This document shows, piece after piece, positions 63,887-64,000 of a stretch of DNA of 64,000 bases. Location: the NCBI GenBank assembly GCA_019358935.1, contig JAHHIK010000015.1, positions 37,028-101,027 on the forward strand, written 5' to 3'. The first letter of the stretch is position 1, and every line of letters begins with the position of its first letter. The notes below the pieces were generated by a model that saw only the letters and a list, made by a program, of their open reading frames with translations, did no database searches and had not been told where the DNA came from. The translations under genes were made by a program, and so were the position numbers. Source of the DNA: Tolypothrix carrinoi HA7290-LM1. GTDB taxonomy: Bacteria; Cyanobacteriota; Cyanobacteriia; Cyanobacteriales; Nostocaceae.

Positions 63887-64000
63887 TTAACCGAGGTCAA
63901 ACAGCGTCAATTGCTCATAGTTCGCTCTCTGATTGACCTTACTCGTTCGTTTTCTTTTAGGTTCTAGAGTCTTGGGTTTATCCGTACCCGTTATCGCTTC
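63887..64000 (-). CDS. 3' end of a gene running off the window
   Basis: Open frame ...KRKRTSKVNQRANYEQLTLFDLG*. Confidence 0.45.
   Translation of the reverse strand, partial: EAITGTDKPKTLEPKRKRTSKVNQRANYEQLTLFDLG

Overview
Chromosomal window from a heterocyst-forming (Nostocales-type) cyanobacterium, judged from abundant HIP1 octamers (GCGATCGC), 7-8 bp STRR tandem repeats and photosystem I genes. Bases 1-42 kb are mostly housekeeping genes: remA-gmk, psaF-psaJ-psaL, tsaD, tRNA-Pro, tic22-prmC, secDF, pdhB, hemB, prfC, an RRM protein, a GT4 glycosyltransferase, an NFACT protein and a porin/znuACB zinc-uptake locus. This part also holds a probable NsrR1 sRNA and a doubly inactivated type II restriction-modification pair bracketed by 64-bp imperfect inverted repeats. 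The main feature is a ~20.3-kb element integrated in tRNA-Phe(GAA), bounded by a perfect 43-bp att repeat (42003-42045 / 62360-62402). It encodes a tyrosine integrase, a primase/VirE-type helicase with embedded 41-bp iteron-like repeats, an RHH regulator with a candidate -1 frameshift, a lysis-like cassette and a block of virion-like proteins, but no recognisable terminase, portal, HK97 capsid or tape measure. It also carries a membrane-anchored FtsK/HerA-like ATPase followed by clt-like GTTACC/GGTAAC repeats, reminiscent of Streptomyces TraB transfer. My inference is a tailless prophage or satellite-like element combined with a TraB-like DNA-transfer module. Remnants of a second, degraded integrative element follow attR. 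All family assignments come from motif recognition by eye; no database searches were run.
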